From the NCBI GenBank assembly GCA_963664195.1, contig OY760907.1:2528001-2592000 (forward strand): a DNA stretch of 64,000 nucleotides, given 5' to 3'. The stretch comes from an uncultured candidate division Zixibacteria bacterium. Lineage in GTDB: Bacteria > Zixibacteria > MSB-5A5 > GN15 > FEB-12. The position numbers and the translations under genes were made by a program. Every line of letters begins with the position of its first letter. The stretch's first letter is position 1. The notes below the pieces were generated by a model, which was not told the DNA's origin, did not search any database, and saw only the letters and a list, made by a program, of their open reading frames with translations. Positions 52,381-63,178 of the stretch are shown one piece after another.

Positions 52381-52941
52381 ATGAATATGGTATTTCTGGG
52401 CCCGCCAGGATCGGGCAAAGGTACTCAGGCTGTTCGCGTGGCCAAAGAACTTGGAATCGTTCATCTTTCGACCGGCGACGTCCTTCGCGAAGCCGTCAAG
52501 CAGGGCACGGATCTCGGCAAGCAGGCCGAGGGCTTCATGACCCGCGGCGAGCTCGTCCCCGATGCGCTGATTATTGACCTTATCGAGGCCAAGATCGCTG
52601 GCGGTGAACTCAATAACGGCTTTATTCTCGACGGCTTCCCGCGCACTGTTCCGCAGGCCGAAAGCCTCAACGAGATGTTCAAGAAGAACAGCATCAACCT
52701 GGAAAAGGCCATCCTGCTCAATGTCGGTGATGAAGAAATCCTTCGTCGCATCAAGGGCAGAGCCGAAGCTGAAGGCCGGGCTGACGATACTGTCGAGGTC
52801 ATCAAGAACCGCCTTGAGATATACCGTGAGCAGACCGCTCCGATCGTCGATCTGTACCGCGACCAGTCCATTCTGGTTGAGGTTCAGGGCGAAGACACCA
52901 TGGAAAACGTGTACAGCGCCGTTTTGGCGGCTGCCAAGTAG
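52381..52941 (+). CDS. adk: Adenylate kinase (short-LID form)
   Basis: GPPGSGKGTQ, STGD, LDGFPRT, GRADD without long LID. Confidence 0.97.
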   Translation: MNMVFLGPPGSGKGTQAVRVAKELGIVHLSTGDVLREAVKQGTDLGKQAEGFMTRGELVPDALIIDLIEAKIAGGELNNGFILDGFPRTVPQAESLNEMFKKNSINLEKAILLNVGDEEILRRIKGRAEAEGRADDTVEVIKNRLEIYREQTAPIVDLYRDQSILVEVQGEDTMENVYSAVLAAAK

Positions 52942-52959
52942 GGATTACGAGAAGAGAAC

Positions 52960-53709
52960 GTGGTGATACCGCTTAAGACAAAAGATGAGGTTGAAATCAT
53001 GAGGCGTGCCGGACGTGTAGTCGCCGGTGCCCTTGAACTTGCGCAGAATGAGACCAAACCGGGCATGACGACCGGTGATCTCGATGCCATGATTGAAGAC
53101 TTCATCCGTTCCCAGGGCTCGATCCCCGGGTTCAAGAACTACCAGGGGTACCCGGCCTCTGCCTGCATCTCGATAGATGATGAGGTAGTGCACGGCATTC
53201 CCGGCAAGCGGGTTATTCGCGAGGGTGAGATAGTGTCAGTTGATGTCGGCAGTATTGTCGAAGGTTTCTATGGCGATTCGGCTCGCACGATCGCCATTGG
53301 CGACATCGGTGCTGAGAAACGTCGTTTGATGGATTTTACCTTGAAATCCCTCATGGCGGGTATTGACAAAGCGCGAAAAGGTAATAGATTAGGCGAGGTC
53401 TCAGCGGCGGTCCAGAAGGTTGCTGAAGACGCTGGCTACGGTGTTGTGCGCCAATTGGTTGGGCACGGCATCGGACGCAATATGCACGAGGAACCCCAGG
53501 TCCCCAATTTCGGTTCTGTTGATGACGGGCCGATTCTTGAGGTGGGCATGGTTATCGCTATTGAACCCATGATAAACATGGGGACGTATGACGTGAAGAC
53601 CCTGCCTGATGGGTGGACAGTAGTTACTGCTGACGGACAACCGTCGGCGCATTTTGAACACACCGTGGCGATTACAGAAGATGGCCCGGACATTCTATCA
53701 CTGACCTGA
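52960..53709 (+). CDS. map: Methionine aminopeptidase type I
   Basis: VVHGIP, GDSART, GHGIG..MHEEP, AIEPM, SAHFEHT. Confidence 0.98.
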   Translation: MVIPLKTKDEVEIMRRAGRVVAGALELAQNETKPGMTTGDLDAMIEDFIRSQGSIPGFKNYQGYPASACISIDDEVVHGIPGKRVIREGEIVSVDVGSIVEGFYGDSARTIAIGDIGAEKRRLMDFTLKSLMAGIDKARKGNRLGEVSAAVQKVAEDAGYGVVRQLVGHGIGRNMHEEPQVPNFGSVDDGPILEVGMVIAIEPMINMGTYDVKTLPDGWTVVTADGQPSAHFEHTVAITEDGPDILSLT

Positions 53710-53717
53710 AGGAGCTT

Positions 53718-53936
53718 ATGGCCAAAGAACAAACCATTACCGTTGAAGGCAAAGTCGTTGAACCGCTACCTAATGCGATGTTTAGAGTTGAGCTGGACAA
53801 CGGACACGTGGTACTGGCCCATATATCAGGAAAGATGAGAATGCACTTCATCAAGATTCTGCCGGGTGATAAAGTCACGTTGGAATTGTCCCCGTATGAT
53901 CTTACACGGGGTAGAATAACCTACCGGTACAAGTAA
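53718..53936 (+). CDS. infA: Translation initiation factor IF-1
   Basis: [24 protein letters not shown]. Confidence 0.99.
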   Translation: MAKEQTITVEGKVVEPLPNAMFRVELDNGHVVLAHISGKMRMHFIKILPGDKVTLELSPYDLTRGRITYRYK

Positions 53937-53964
53937 TGACCGGCGGTGTGAAATTGAGGCTGTT

Positions 53965-54081
53965 ATGAAAGTCAAATCATCGGTAAGAAAACGCTGTGAA
54001 CACTGCAAGATCATCCGCCGTCGCGGGGTCCTGCGTGTCATCTGCAAGAAAAAACCCAGTCACAAGCAGCGTCAGGGTTAA
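53965..54081 (+). CDS. rpmJ: 50S ribosomal protein L36
   Basis: Read manually: [38 protein letters not shown]. Confidence 0.96.
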   Translation: MKVKSSVRKRCEHCKIIRRRGVLRVICKKKPSHKQRQG

Positions 54082-54113
54082 GAAGAATTAGTTCTCGTAA
54101 GGAGGTATGAAGT

Positions 54114-54500
54114 TTGGCTCGTATAGCTGGTGTAGATTTACCAAAGAATAAGAGAGTTGAGATAGGGCTCCGGTATATATATGGCATTGGCCCATGTATC
54201 GCTACCCAGATTCTCGAAAAGACAGGTGTGAACCCCGATACGCGGGTCCATCAGTTGTCCGACGGAGATGTCGCCAAACTGCGCGCTGTTATCGAGAACG
54301 ATTACAATGTCGAGGGAACGCTCCGCAGCGAGATCTCGATGAATATCAAGCGCCTTATCGATATCGGCTCCTACCGCGGTCTGCGTCATCGTCGTGGCCT
54401 TCCCGTTCGTGGGCAGCGTACTAAAACCAATGCCCGTACGCGCAAAGGTCCGCGTCGCGCAGTGGGTGGCCTGAAGAAGAAACCAGCCGGCGCCAAATAG
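54114..54500 (+). CDS. rpsM: 30S ribosomal protein S13
   Basis: [38 protein letters not shown]. Confidence 0.99.
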   Translation: MARIAGVDLPKNKRVEIGLRYIYGIGPCIATQILEKTGVNPDTRVHQLSDGDVAKLRAVIENDYNVEGTLRSEISMNIKRLIDIGSYRGLRHRRGLPVRGQRTKTNARTRKGPRRAVGGLKKKPAGAK

Positions 54501-54523
54501 GCCGGTGAGATAGAGGTTACACA

Positions 54524-54916
54524 GTGGCAGATCCGAAGAAAAAAAGAACGAAGAAGAAAGCCGCACGGGTCGACTCTCACGGAGTCGTCCATGTCAAGGC
54601 TACTTTTAACAATACAATTGTGACTATTGCCGACTCCGTCGGCAAGACGATCTCCTGGGGCTCGGCCGGCAAAGTCGGTTTTAAGGGTTCCAAGAAGTCC
54701 ACACCGTTCGCAGCCCAGCTGGCCGGAAGTGCGGCCGCTAAAGAGGCTATTGCTCTCGGGTTGCGCAAGGTGGAAGTCTGGGTGAAGGGCCCCGGATCGG
54801 GTCGTGAAGCGGCTATCCGCTCGCTGTCCGCTGCCGGACTCGAAGTTACGATGATTAAAGACGTAACCCCGATCCCGCACAATGGTTGTCGCCCGCCGAA
54901 GAGGCGCCGCGTCTAA
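54524..54916 (+). CDS. rpsK: 30S ribosomal protein S11
   Basis: [34 protein letters not shown]. Confidence 0.99.
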   Translation: MADPKKKRTKKKAARVDSHGVVHVKATFNNTIVTIADSVGKTISWGSAGKVGFKGSKKSTPFAAQLAGSAAAKEAIALGLRKVEVWVKGPGSGREAAIRSLSAAGLEVTMIKDVTPIPHNGCRPPKRRRV

Positions 54917-54963
54917 AGAGACGTTTCATTACGTCGGATATGATGAAACTTACGGGAGAATAG

Positions 54964-55590
54964 ATGGCTCGTTATCGTGATGCAAATTGTAAACTGTGCC
55001 GCCGGGAAGGCGAAAAGCTTTTCCTGAAGGGTGCCCGCTGTATGAGCGACAAGTGCGCCATTGAGCGGCGGCAGTATGCCCCCGGCCAGCACGGTCAGAA
55101 CATGCGCCGCAAAGTGTCGGCCTATGGTCTGCAGTTGCGCGAAAAGCAAAAGGTCCGCCGTACTTACGGTGTGCTCGAAACGCAGTTCCGCAACTACTTC
55201 AAAGCGGCCGACAAAAAGACCGGCATTACCGGTGAAAACCTCATTGCCGTTCTGGAACGTCGTCTGGACAATATCGTCTACCGTCTGGGCTTTGCCCCGT
55301 CGCGGAAGGCTGCCAGGCAGTTGGTAGGACACCGGCACATCCTGGTCGACGGTCGTATCGTTGATATTGCGTCGTATCTCATCAAGCCCGGTCAGGTCAT
55401 TAAGGTCAAGGACAAATCCAAAAACCTCGATCTCGTCCATGGCGCGCTGAAAATGGGACGCGGCGATGAGTATCCGTGGCTGCGGTTAAACAAAGCGGCT
55501 CTCGAAGGTGAACTTCTTGAGGTGCCGAAGCGTGTTGACATACCGCTGACCGCGAATGAACAACTTATTGTTGAGTTGTACTCCAAGTAG
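54964..55590 (+). CDS. rpsD: 30S ribosomal protein S4
   Basis: [34 protein letters not shown]. Confidence 0.99.
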   Translation: MARYRDANCKLCRREGEKLFLKGARCMSDKCAIERRQYAPGQHGQNMRRKVSAYGLQLREKQKVRRTYGVLETQFRNYFKAADKKTGITGENLIAVLERRLDNIVYRLGFAPSRKAARQLVGHRHILVDGRIVDIASYLIKPGQVIKVKDKSKNLDLVHGALKMGRGDEYPWLRLNKAALEGELLEVPKRVDIPLTANEQLIVELYSK

Positions 55591-55622
55591 CACAATAACC
55601 GGGTCTGGGAGGTCCGTGGCAT

Positions 55623-56606
55623 ATGAAATGGAAGCCTTTGACAATGCCGAAAGAGATCGTTAACGATCAGTCGTCGGCCACAGAAAACTATTCTCGTTTC
55701 ATCATTGAACCGCTCGAAAGAGGATACGGCATGACGCTGGGGAATGCCCTGCGGCGTGTCCTGCTTTCCTCTATACAGGGAGGGGCAGTGGTATCTATGC
55801 GGATCAAGGGCTGCCTCCACGAATTCTCGACGGTCCCCGGCGTGTTCGAGGATGTGACCAATATCGTGCTGAATGTCAAGAAGGTCATCCCGATCATGCA
55901 CGGCGACGGCCTTCGTGTGCTTCGGTGCAAAACCAACCAGAAGGGTGTGGTAACAGCTGGCTCCTTTGGCGGCGACACTGAAGTGGAGATCCTCAACCCC
56001 GATCTGAAGATCTGTGAGTTGACCGATGACGTTGAGTTCGAAATGGAACTCGATATCGATTCCGGTCGAGGATACCATATCGCGGAGCTGAATCAGCGCG
56101 AAGATGCTCCGACTGACACGGTCTATGTCGATTCGCTGTTCTCGCCGATCACCAAGGTGTCTTTCTACGTGGAGAACACTCGTGTCGGACAGAAAACTGA
56201 TTACGATCGTTTGATTCTTGAGTTGAACACCGACGGTTCAATTACGCCGGAGGATTCGCTGAGTTATGCGGCAAAAATGCTCAAAGACCATTTGCAAATG
56301 TTCATCCACATGGATGAAGAAGTAATGGTTGAGAAAGAGCCGGAAGAGGATGAAGAGGTCATCCGGGTTCGCAATCTGCTGAAAACCCGTGTTGATGAAC
56401 TCGAACTCTCTGTCCGCTCTTCAAACTGCCTCCGGGCAGCCAACATACAGACGCTTGAAGAACTCGTCACCAAGAGTGAAGCCGAGATGCTCAAGTATCG
56501 TAATTTCGGGCGCAAGTCGCTCAATGAGATAGGTACGTTACTGGAACAGATGGACCTGTCGTTTGGCATGGACATCTCTCAGTTCGTGGAACCTCAAAAA
56601 CAGTAA
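55623..56606 (+). CDS. rpoA: RNA polymerase alpha subunit
   Basis: EPLERGYG.TLGNALRR, RVGQ.TDYD.L, LELSVRS.NCL, NFGRKSL.E. Confidence 0.99.
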   Translation: MKWKPLTMPKEIVNDQSSATENYSRFIIEPLERGYGMTLGNALRRVLLSSIQGGAVVSMRIKGCLHEFSTVPGVFEDVTNIVLNVKKVIPIMHGDGLRVLRCKTNQKGVVTAGSFGGDTEVEILNPDLKICELTDDVEFEMELDIDSGRGYHIAELNQREDAPTDTVYVDSLFSPITKVSFYVENTRVGQKTDYDRLILELNTDGSITPEDSLSYAAKMLKDHLQMFIHMDEEVMVEKEPEEDEEVIRVRNLLKTRVDELELSVRSSNCLRAANIQTLEELVTKSEAEMLKYRNFGRKSLNEIGTLLEQMDLSFGMDISQFVEPQKQ

Positions 56607-56624
56607 AATATCCGAAAGTGAAAA

Positions 56625-57044
56625 ATGGGACATCAGGATAAGGTAAAAAAGCTCGGCCGGACGAAACCGCATCGCGAATCGATGCTCTCGAATATGGCCA
56701 TGTCACTGTTCACCCATCGGATGATAAAGACCACTGATGCGAAGGCCAAAGCTTTGCGCCCGGTAGTCGATCGTCTGATTACCATCGCAAAGAAAGATAC
56801 GCTCGCCTCCAAGCGCCAGGTCGCCAAAACGATCCACGTCAAAGAGGTGTTCAAGAAGTTTTATGCTGAGATCGTGCCGCAGTTTGCCGATCGTGATTCC
56901 GGTTATACCCGGGTCATGAAACTGGGCGTGCGTCGCGGCGATGGTGCCCCGGTGTCTGTTGTCGAGCTGATGATCGAGAAGCCGAAAGAAGAGACCGACG
57001 ACAAGAAGAAAGCCAAGAAAGTCGCCAAGGCTGCAGCCAAATAG
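56625..57044 (+). CDS. rplQ: 50S ribosomal protein L17
   Basis: KLGR, I.TT..KAK, GYTR, RRGDGA; Lys/Ala tail. Confidence 0.97.
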   Translation: MGHQDKVKKLGRTKPHRESMLSNMAMSLFTHRMIKTTDAKAKALRPVVDRLITIAKKDTLASKRQVAKTIHVKEVFKKFYAEIVPQFADRDSGYTRVMKLGVRRGDGAPVSVVELMIEKPKEETDDKKKAKKVAKAAAK

Positions 57045-57093
57045 GCACCGTTCCGATTAGTCGGCGATTGTCGCTCTGACTTGTTGAAGACAT

Positions 57094-57128
57094 AGAAGAC
57101 CTGCTCTTTCCGAGCAGGTCTTCTTTTT
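57094..57128 (+). terminator. Rho-independent terminator closing the alpha operon
   Basis: AGAAGACCTGCTC-TTTCC-GAGCAGGTCTTCT followed by TTTT. Confidence 0.88.
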
Positions 57129-57338
57129 GTGACGTTGCCGCCCTGTTGCCGCCACGCCACATGACAGACCTTCTATCTCTACTGCACGCTACGGCACTAC
57201 CAAATCGCTTGATTCAAGCTCCGGCAATTGTTATATAACGGCTAAGCCAAGACATTAACTCAGGCTCAGAACCGCATGGCTCGGAGTCTCTTGGCCTCGA
57301 AGTGCTGGCAGAACTGTTATCAACCTCAGGGGAGTGTT

Positions 57339-57791
57339 ATGGAAAACGAGAAAAAAGGCGGAATGTCGAAAGGCTGTCTTGTCGGCCTGATCATCGCCGG
57401 AGTCCTCCTGGTTATTGTCATCGTAGGGATTGTGCTTGTTGTTGCCTACAAGGACGACCTTGGCAAAATGGGCGCTGTTACCGTGGTGAACCAGGCGAAG
57501 CAGATAGTTGCCGACAATCCGATCGAAGGTGTAGACACGGCACAATTCAATGCTGTAGCAGATGCTTTCGCCGAAAAGATGACCGAGGATTCGACTGTCA
57601 ACCTGGAAAGTCTGGGCCTGTTTATGCAGAAACTGCAACCTCTGGTCGCTGACGGAGAAGTAAGCGCGTCGGATGCAGAGAAGATCAAAGAGGCCGTGGT
57701 CGATATCTATCCGGATATCGCCGACCTGCTGCCGACACAGGAGGTGGAAGAACCTGCGGCCGAAGTCGAGGAAGCCGTTACAGAAGAATAG
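57339..57791 (+). CDS. Hypothetical single-TM membrane protein
   Basis: MENEKKGGMSKGCL, hydrophobic helix, then acidic helical domain; GGGGAG SD before ATG 57339. Confidence 0.75.
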   Translation: MENEKKGGMSKGCLVGLIIAGVLLVIVIVGIVLVVAYKDDLGKMGAVTVVNQAKQIVADNPIEGVDTAQFNAVADAFAEKMTEDSTVNLESLGLFMQKLQPLVADGEVSASDAEKIKEAVVDIYPDIADLLPTQEVEEPAAEVEEAVTEE

Positions 57792-57858
57792 ATGACCCTG
57801 CGGGCCGGCTGTACGAAAGTGAAACCGGCGCTGCCTTCAACCGCCATGAGCAGGTAGT

Positions 57859-58509
57859 ATGACAACAACCCTCACAATTGTTTTTGTCGCATACCTGGTC
57901 GGAGCGATTCCGTTCGCTCTCATCGTCGCCCGACTCTACGGTATAAAGGACATTCGCAAGGTCGGTTCAGGAAACGTCGGCGCCACCAACGTGCAGCGCG
58001 CCGCCGGATTCAAAGCCGCCGTGTGGGTGTACGTATTCGATATCAGCAAGGGGGTTGTTCCGGTGTTGATCGCCAAGGCGGTTGAGCAGGACGTTATGCC
58101 GCGCGACCTGTTTCTGGTTGTCGTGGCACTGGCCGCCATCCTCGGGCATGTGTTTCCTCTCTATTTGAAGTTCAAGGGTGGCAAAGGAGTGAACACCGCT
58201 CTTGGCACCATGCTGGTGCTGATGCCGATTGAGGCTGCCTGCGCTGTTGGCGTGTTTCTTGTCGTTGTGTCCCTGTCACGCTACATTTCGCTCGGCTCCA
58301 TTTGCGGGGCGCTGACCTTGCCTCTGGCGCTCGTAGTAGAAACGTATGCACTTGACCGCCCCACGGCGACCGTGTACTGGATCCTGGCTGTGTTCATGGC
58401 TCTGGTCATCCCGTTAGCTCATCACCAGAACATTCGACGCCTGATCGCAGGCAACGAGAACCGCTTCAGTTTCCGTTCTCAAGCTGACAACGGGGGGGCG
58501 CATGTCTAA
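57859..58509 (+). CDS. plsY: Glycerol-3-phosphate acyltransferase PlsY
   Basis: YLVGAIPF, DIR..GSGNVGATN, GHVFP..FKGGKGV, H..NI.RL..G.E. Confidence 0.96.
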   Translation: MTTTLTIVFVAYLVGAIPFALIVARLYGIKDIRKVGSGNVGATNVQRAAGFKAAVWVYVFDISKGVVPVLIAKAVEQDVMPRDLFLVVVALAAILGHVFPLYLKFKGGKGVNTALGTMLVLMPIEAACAVGVFLVVVSLSRYISLGSICGALTLPLALVVETYALDRPTATVYWILAVFMALVIPLAHHQNIRRLIAGNENRFSFRSQADNGGAHV

Positions 58510-59509
58510 ACGGGTGACGATTCTGGGAGCCGGCTCCTGGGGCATGGCGGTCGGACACCTGTTACATTCTGCGGGTTGCTCCGTGACGATGTGGGAACAC
58601 AATGCCGAAGATTACCGGAGTCTTGTCACTACTCGCACCAACCCCGGTAAACTCGGTGATTTCGCACTTCACGACAGCATCAGGTTGACCGACAAGCTGG
58701 CATCAGCAGTCGATGAAAAAGACGTTGTCGTGTCCGCGATTCCCTCCCAGCATCTCCGGTCAGTCATTAAGCAGATCAGGGAACAGTTGGCGGGCGTTCC
58801 CGCATTTGTGAATCTGGCAAAAGGTGTGGAGCGCGAATCACTCAAGAGAATGTCCGAGGTTGTCTTTGATGAAACCGGTCTGTCGCCTGACCGGTATGTC
58901 ACGCTCTCCGGCCCGTCGCACGCTGAGGAGGTTGTGCAGGATATGCCGACGACTGTCGTGGCCGCGTCGCAATCCGATGACCGGGCCACTTTGGTACAGG
59001 AATTGTTCAGCGTCGGGCACTTCCGCGTGTACAAGAGTGACGATGTCGTGGGAGTTGAACTGGGAGGGGCGCTCAAGAATATCATAGCTATAGCGGCAGG
59101 GATTGTCGACGGACTCGGCATGGGGGACAACACCAAGGGGGCATTGATCACTCGCGGGCTGGCGGAAATCACGCGGCTCGGACTCGCCATGGACGCGCGG
59201 GCCGATACGTTCGCCGGGCTTTCGGGGATCGGGGACCTCATAACGACCTGTTTCTCGCGACACAGTCGCAACCGGTACGTCGGAGAACAGATCGGCAGGG
59301 GGAAAACATTGGACGAGGTTCTGGCGTCGATGAGTATGATCGCCGAAGGAATCGAAACCGCTAGATCGGGACGTGAACTGGCCCGGAGACACTGTGTCGA
59401 GGTTCCTATCACGGAACAAGTGTACCACGTGCTCTTCGACGGCAAACCGGCCCGACAGGCTGTCGGTGAACTTATGGAACGAAAGCTGCGCGCAGAACTC
59501 TGGCAATAG
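58502..59509 (+). CDS. gpsA: NAD(P)H-dependent glycerol-3-phosphate dehydrogenase
   Basis: GAGSWG, KG.E, LSGPSHAEEV, GGALKN, GLSGIGDL..TC.S..SRN. Confidence 0.97.
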   Translation: MSKRVTILGAGSWGMAVGHLLHSAGCSVTMWEHNAEDYRSLVTTRTNPGKLGDFALHDSIRLTDKLASAVDEKDVVVSAIPSQHLRSVIKQIREQLAGVPAFVNLAKGVERESLKRMSEVVFDETGLSPDRYVTLSGPSHAEEVVQDMPTTVVAASQSDDRATLVQELFSVGHFRVYKSDDVVGVELGGALKNIIAIAAGIVDGLGMGDNTKGALITRGLAEITRLGLAMDARADTFAGLSGIGDLITTCFSRHSRNRYVGEQIGRGKTLDEVLASMSMIAEGIETARSGRELARRHCVEVPITEQVYHVLFDGKPARQAVGELMERKLRAELWQ

Positions 59510-59529
59510 GGGGGTCTGAAGGGGAGAAG

Positions 59530-59880
59530 ATGAAAAAGACTGATATTGAGGACAAACGGTACTACTCGATCAGCGAAGTCTCCCGGATGACCGGGCTGGA
59601 ACAGTATGTTCTGAGATACTGGGAGAAGGAATTCCCCACGCTCAAGCCTCGCAAGAATCGCGGGGGAAACCGGCTGTACACGTCGAAAGATATTGATCTC
59701 GTAAATCGTATTCACCACCTCCGCAAAGAGGAAGGGCTGACTATTGCCGGTACGCGTCACCGGCTCACGCTCCGTCGGTCGGGCGAGGAATCGTCGCCAT
59801 CGGCAAACAAAGCTCGCGTTAAGACGATTCTTGCGAAGATCAGGAAAGACGTAGAGGATCTGCTAAAAGATTTCTCTTGA
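59530..59880 (+). CDS. MerR-family HTH regulator
   Basis: YYSISEVS, VLRYWEKEF, GGNRLY, GLTIAG; precedes tRNA-Pro. Confidence 0.9.
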   Translation: MKKTDIEDKRYYSISEVSRMTGLEQYVLRYWEKEFPTLKPRKNRGGNRLYTSKDIDLVNRIHHLRKEEGLTIAGTRHRLTLRRSGEESSPSANKARVKTILAKIRKDVEDLLKDFS

Positions 59881-59950
59881 GTTTTGGTGATAATCCGCTA
59901 GATTCAGCCGTACCGGAGATCGTATCCGGTACGTATTGTCTGTGATGTGT

Positions 59951-60027
59951 CGGAGCGTGGCGCAGCTAGGTAGCGCACTCCCTTGGGGTGGGAGAGGTCG
60001 GCCGTTCAAATCGGCTCGCTCCGACCA
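59951..60027 (+). tRNA. tRNA-Pro(GGG), CCA encoded
   Basis: CGGAGCG/CGCTCCG stem, CTCCC-TTGGGGT-GGGAG arm, ends ACCA. Confidence 0.96.
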
Positions 60028-60171
60028 TTTTCCCCACCCAAATCAAGAAGCAACTTAAGTCATTGCCAGTTAATGTTATACGTATATACGCCGTGTCCGG
60101 CCGTCCCGGAGCGCGACGTTCTTTGCAGCTTAAAACTGGTCCGGGGGCGCACTTGTGTGTATGAGAAATGT

Positions 60172-60855
60172 ATGTCCGATCAGATCAATCAGATCAGCGT
60201 GCTGGTCATTGTGCCAGCGTATAACGCTGCGAGGCATCTTCCCGAACTCGTATCCCGACTTCGGATGTTCGTCTGTGATTCCAACCTGTTGATCATCAAC
60301 GACGGCTCCACCGATAACACTCTCGATGTCGTCCGACAGGAAAAAGTTAACTACATTTCATTTCCCGAGAATCGTGGCAAGGGCGCGGCGCTCAAGGCCG
60401 GGTTTGAGTATGCGATCGAAAACGGCTACCGTTCGGTTCTGACTATAGATGCCGATTTGCAGCACCCGCCGGAAGAAGTCCCCCGATTCCTTGCCGCCGA
60501 CAACGGGCATCATGTGGTCATCGGCACACGCAAAATGGACCTGAAAGTGATGCCCTGGCCTCGATGGCTGACCAATAATCTATCATCGCTAATTATATCC
60601 GTTTTCTCGCAGAGCCGTGTCCGCGACAGCCAATCAGGATTCCGTCTGATCCCGACTGAAGTTCTCAAGGCGATTCATTTGAAGACGGTCGGGTACGATT
60701 TCGAGTCCGAAATGTTGTTCAAGGCCGGGGCGCTGGGCTGCGGAATCTCCGAAGTACCGATATCGACTATTTACGAGGAGTCGACCTCGTATATCAACCC
60801 GTTGAAGGACACGCTTCGGTTCCTGAGACAGATTTGGAAACGTCTCTGGAGTTGA
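60172..60855 (+). CDS. Glycosyltransferase family 2 (polyprenol-phosphate glycosyltransferase-like)
   Basis: VPAYN, NDGSTD, N.GKG.A, DADLQH, DSQSGFR. Confidence 0.9.
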   Translation: MSDQINQISVLVIVPAYNAARHLPELVSRLRMFVCDSNLLIINDGSTDNTLDVVRQEKVNYISFPENRGKGAALKAGFEYAIENGYRSVLTIDADLQHPPEEVPRFLAADNGHHVVIGTRKMDLKVMPWPRWLTNNLSSLIISVFSQSRVRDSQSGFRLIPTEVLKAIHLKTVGYDFESEMLFKAGALGCGISEVPISTIYEESTSYINPLKDTLRFLRQIWKRLWS

Positions 60856-60897
60856 TCGCCGCTTGCTTTTGCTCCCGCGCAGACCTACCTTCCTTGA

Positions 60898-61353
60898 ATG
60901 AAACTCAGTCAGTTCTTTTCAAACTACTTCACCGTCAGGGCCGAAATGCTCAGCGCAGTGGGGAGTCTTTCGCAGGAGCAGCTTGACTGGACACCGCCCC
61001 ATCACAAGAATTCCATAGGAAAACTGCTGTCACATATTGCCGATTGTGAGTATTTCTGGATTCGTGAAATCGCCACCCGCGAGATATCAGGGCCGGATTA
61101 CGACCAGTTTGACAGCGCGCGAACTCTGGCTGACAAGCTGGCGTTGTTAAAGGAGCAGGAAGACGTGTTCGCCGCGTTTATGGATCGGGAAGAAATCGAT
61201 GATTGGGATAGCGTCTTCTATGACGGCACCGAGGCAGGGGAGAAATTCTCCAAGCGCTGGCTGGTCTGGCACGTTGTCGAACACCAGGCAAGGCACAGAG
61301 GACAGATTTTCATGCTCATGAGCATGCAGGGATTGGAAGTACCGGATGTCTGA
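60898..61353 (+). CDS. DinB-family protein
   Basis: SIGKLLSHIA..E..W and HVVEHQARHRGQ His motifs. Confidence 0.88.
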   Translation: MKLSQFFSNYFTVRAEMLSAVGSLSQEQLDWTPPHHKNSIGKLLSHIADCEYFWIREIATREISGPDYDQFDSARTLADKLALLKEQEDVFAAFMDREEIDDWDSVFYDGTEAGEKFSKRWLVWHVVEHQARHRGQIFMLMSMQGLEVPDV

Positions 61354-62107
61354 TAATATGAGAATTCTCATCACTAACGACGACGGCTATTACTCCGAAG
61401 GTATCAATGCGCTGTTCAAAGAGCTGTCGCGTTTTGCCGAGGTGTATCTTGTCGCGCCGGATCGTGAACAGTCGGCCAGTTCTCACTCGCTGACCCTGAA
61501 TCGCCCGCTTCGCATGCACAAGATCGATAAGCATCACTACACCACCGACGGAACCCCCACCGATTGTGTGATGCTGGCGCTGCACGTAGTATTCAAGAAT
61601 AAAAAACCGGACTTCATTGTCTCCGGCATCAACCACGGTGCCAACATGGGGGACGATGTCACCTACTCCGGCACGATAGCCGCCGCCATCGAGGGTGCTA
61701 TTCTGAATATACCGTCAATTGCGGCCTCAATGGCCAACTACGAGCCGGGAACACCGATGACACGAGCGGCGAAGTACATCGCGAAGATTGTCAAGAAACA
61801 TGACAAGTTTGAGTTGGCTCCCTCAAGCTTCCTCAATATCAACGTTCCGTGTGACAACGGCAAACCGTACAGGAATTTCGAGTTCACTCGCCAGGGGATG
61901 CGCCAGTATAAGGATGTCATCATCAAAAAGACAGACCCGCGGGGGCTTTCGTACTACTGGATCGGGGGGCGGCCAAAGTGGAGAATGACCAGGGGGACGG
62001 ATTTTGCGACGGTCAAGCGGGGGCTGGTTTCTATCACTCCGATGCAGCTTGAATTCACTGATGACCCCGCTCTGAAGCGTTTGGCCGCATCTGGATTGAA
62101 GCTCTAG
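61346..62107 (+). CDS. surE: 5'/3'-nucleotidase SurE
   Basis: ILITNDDG, GTPTDCV, SGINHG.N.G.D..YSGT..AA.EG (start may be 61358). Confidence 0.97.
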   Translation: MSDNMRILITNDDGYYSEGINALFKELSRFAEVYLVAPDREQSASSHSLTLNRPLRMHKIDKHHYTTDGTPTDCVMLALHVVFKNKKPDFIVSGINHGANMGDDVTYSGTIAAAIEGAILNIPSIAASMANYEPGTPMTRAAKYIAKIVKKHDKFELAPSSFLNINVPCDNGKPYRNFEFTRQGMRQYKDVIIKKTDPRGLSYYWIGGRPKWRMTRGTDFATVKRGLVSITPMQLEFTDDPALKRLAASGLKL

Positions 62108-62182
62108 CCGCGGTATGGTGGCGTACGATTCAGCCTATTTTCTCGCGAGACCTTGATCCGTCACTATTTCGTCCGATAACTC

Positions 62183-62210
62183 TTGACAACCGCCCCAAAT
62201 CCAATATGTT
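62183..62210 (+). promoter_or_regulatory. Sigma70 promoter for tRNA-Pro(CGG)
   Basis: TTGACA-16 nt-TATGTT. Confidence 0.6.
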
Positions 62211-62227
62211 AGGGGCTACTTGAGACT

Positions 62228-62301
62228 CGGGGCGTGGCGCAGGTTGGTAGCGCGCTTGGTTCGGGACTAAGAGGTCGCTGGTTCAAATCCAGTCGCCCCG
62301 A
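62228..62301 (+). tRNA. tRNA-Pro(CGG), CCA not encoded
   Basis: CGGGGCG/CGCCCCG stem, CTTGG-TTCGGGA-CTAAG arm. Confidence 0.95.
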
Positions 62302-62419
62302 TTTTTTCAAGTACTACCGGGAGATTCCATAGACCAGCATCACATTGATTTGCAGCGGCCTGCCGGTTGCAAGGCCAGCCGCCGATTGCAATTTCCAGTT
62401 GAAAGGGTGAGCAGAGGGT

Positions 62420-62899
62420 ATGTCAACGGAGAGAAAACCTGTTGTAGCTGTCATCGGTGCAAGCAAGTGCTCTAAGAAGCTTCGGGATATGGCCGCGGTC
62501 GTAGGCAAATACGTAGCCGAAAACGGCGGCGTAATTGTGTGTGGTGGTATGGGGGGAATCATGGAAGGGGCAGCCCGCGGAGCCAAAGAGGGGGGCGGGG
62601 AGACGATCGGTATACTTCCCTCCAGCAATCCGGACGATGCCAACGAATTCATCGATTTTGCAATCCCGACCGGTTTCGGCGAAGCCCGAAATGTTATGGT
62701 TGTGCGAACTGCCGACGTTGTTGTAGCTTTCCCCGGTAAGTTTGGCACTCTTTCAGAAATGGCGTTTGCCCTCCAGGCCAAAAAGCCGGTGATTTCCATC
62801 TCGGCGTGGAAACTCGGCAGCGAGATCATTCAAATGGACGATCCGCTCGAGGCGGCTGAAAAAGCGATGGAGCTGGCACAAGCACAAGAAGACCAGTGA
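62420..62899 (+). CDS. LOG/SLOG-superfamily Rossmann protein (TIGR00725-like)
   Basis: VAVIG, CGG.GGIME.A.RGA, TG.GEARN, GTLSE. Confidence 0.88.
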   Translation: MSTERKPVVAVIGASKCSKKLRDMAAVVGKYVAENGGVIVCGGMGGIMEGAARGAKEGGGETIGILPSSNPDDANEFIDFAIPTGFGEARNVMVVRTADVVVAFPGKFGTLSEMAFALQAKKPVISISAWKLGSEIIQMDDPLEAAEKAMELAQAQEDQ

Positions 62900-63174
62900 G
62901 TCTTGTTCGCGTACATCTGACTATCAGGGGAATGGTGCAGGGGGTTGGCTATCGGTATTTCTGTTACCGAACCGCGCTCGGACTCGGTCTGAACGGCTGG
63001 ACGCGAAACATGCCCGACGGTTCCGTGCAGGTCGAAGTTGAGGGGGACCGCGGAACGGTCGAGATACTCATCAAAGAACTCACCGTCGGCCCCAGCCATG
63101 CGAACGTCACCAACGTAGAACCGGAATGGCGGGAATACACCGGCAGATTTAATCGTTTTGAGATCAGGGGTTAG
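62896..63174 (+). CDS. acyP: Acylphosphatase
   Basis: G.VQGVGYR, GW.RN..DG.V...EG, GP. Confidence 0.95.
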   Translation: MSLVRVHLTIRGMVQGVGYRYFCYRTALGLGLNGWTRNMPDGSVQVEVEGDRGTVEILIKELTVGPSHANVTNVEPEWREYTGRFNRFEIRG

Positions 63175-63178
63175 CGAA

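Noticed and set aside
52381..52941. Short adenylate kinase (and short EF-Ts at 5143) as truncated genes
   Set aside because: Both match known natural short forms with intact termini
59983..60171. N-terminal extension of the GT2 ORF and similar extensions of secE, rpsB, pyrH, nadK and rplF
   Set aside because: They overlap tRNAs, leaders or upstream genes; downstream starts match family N-termini
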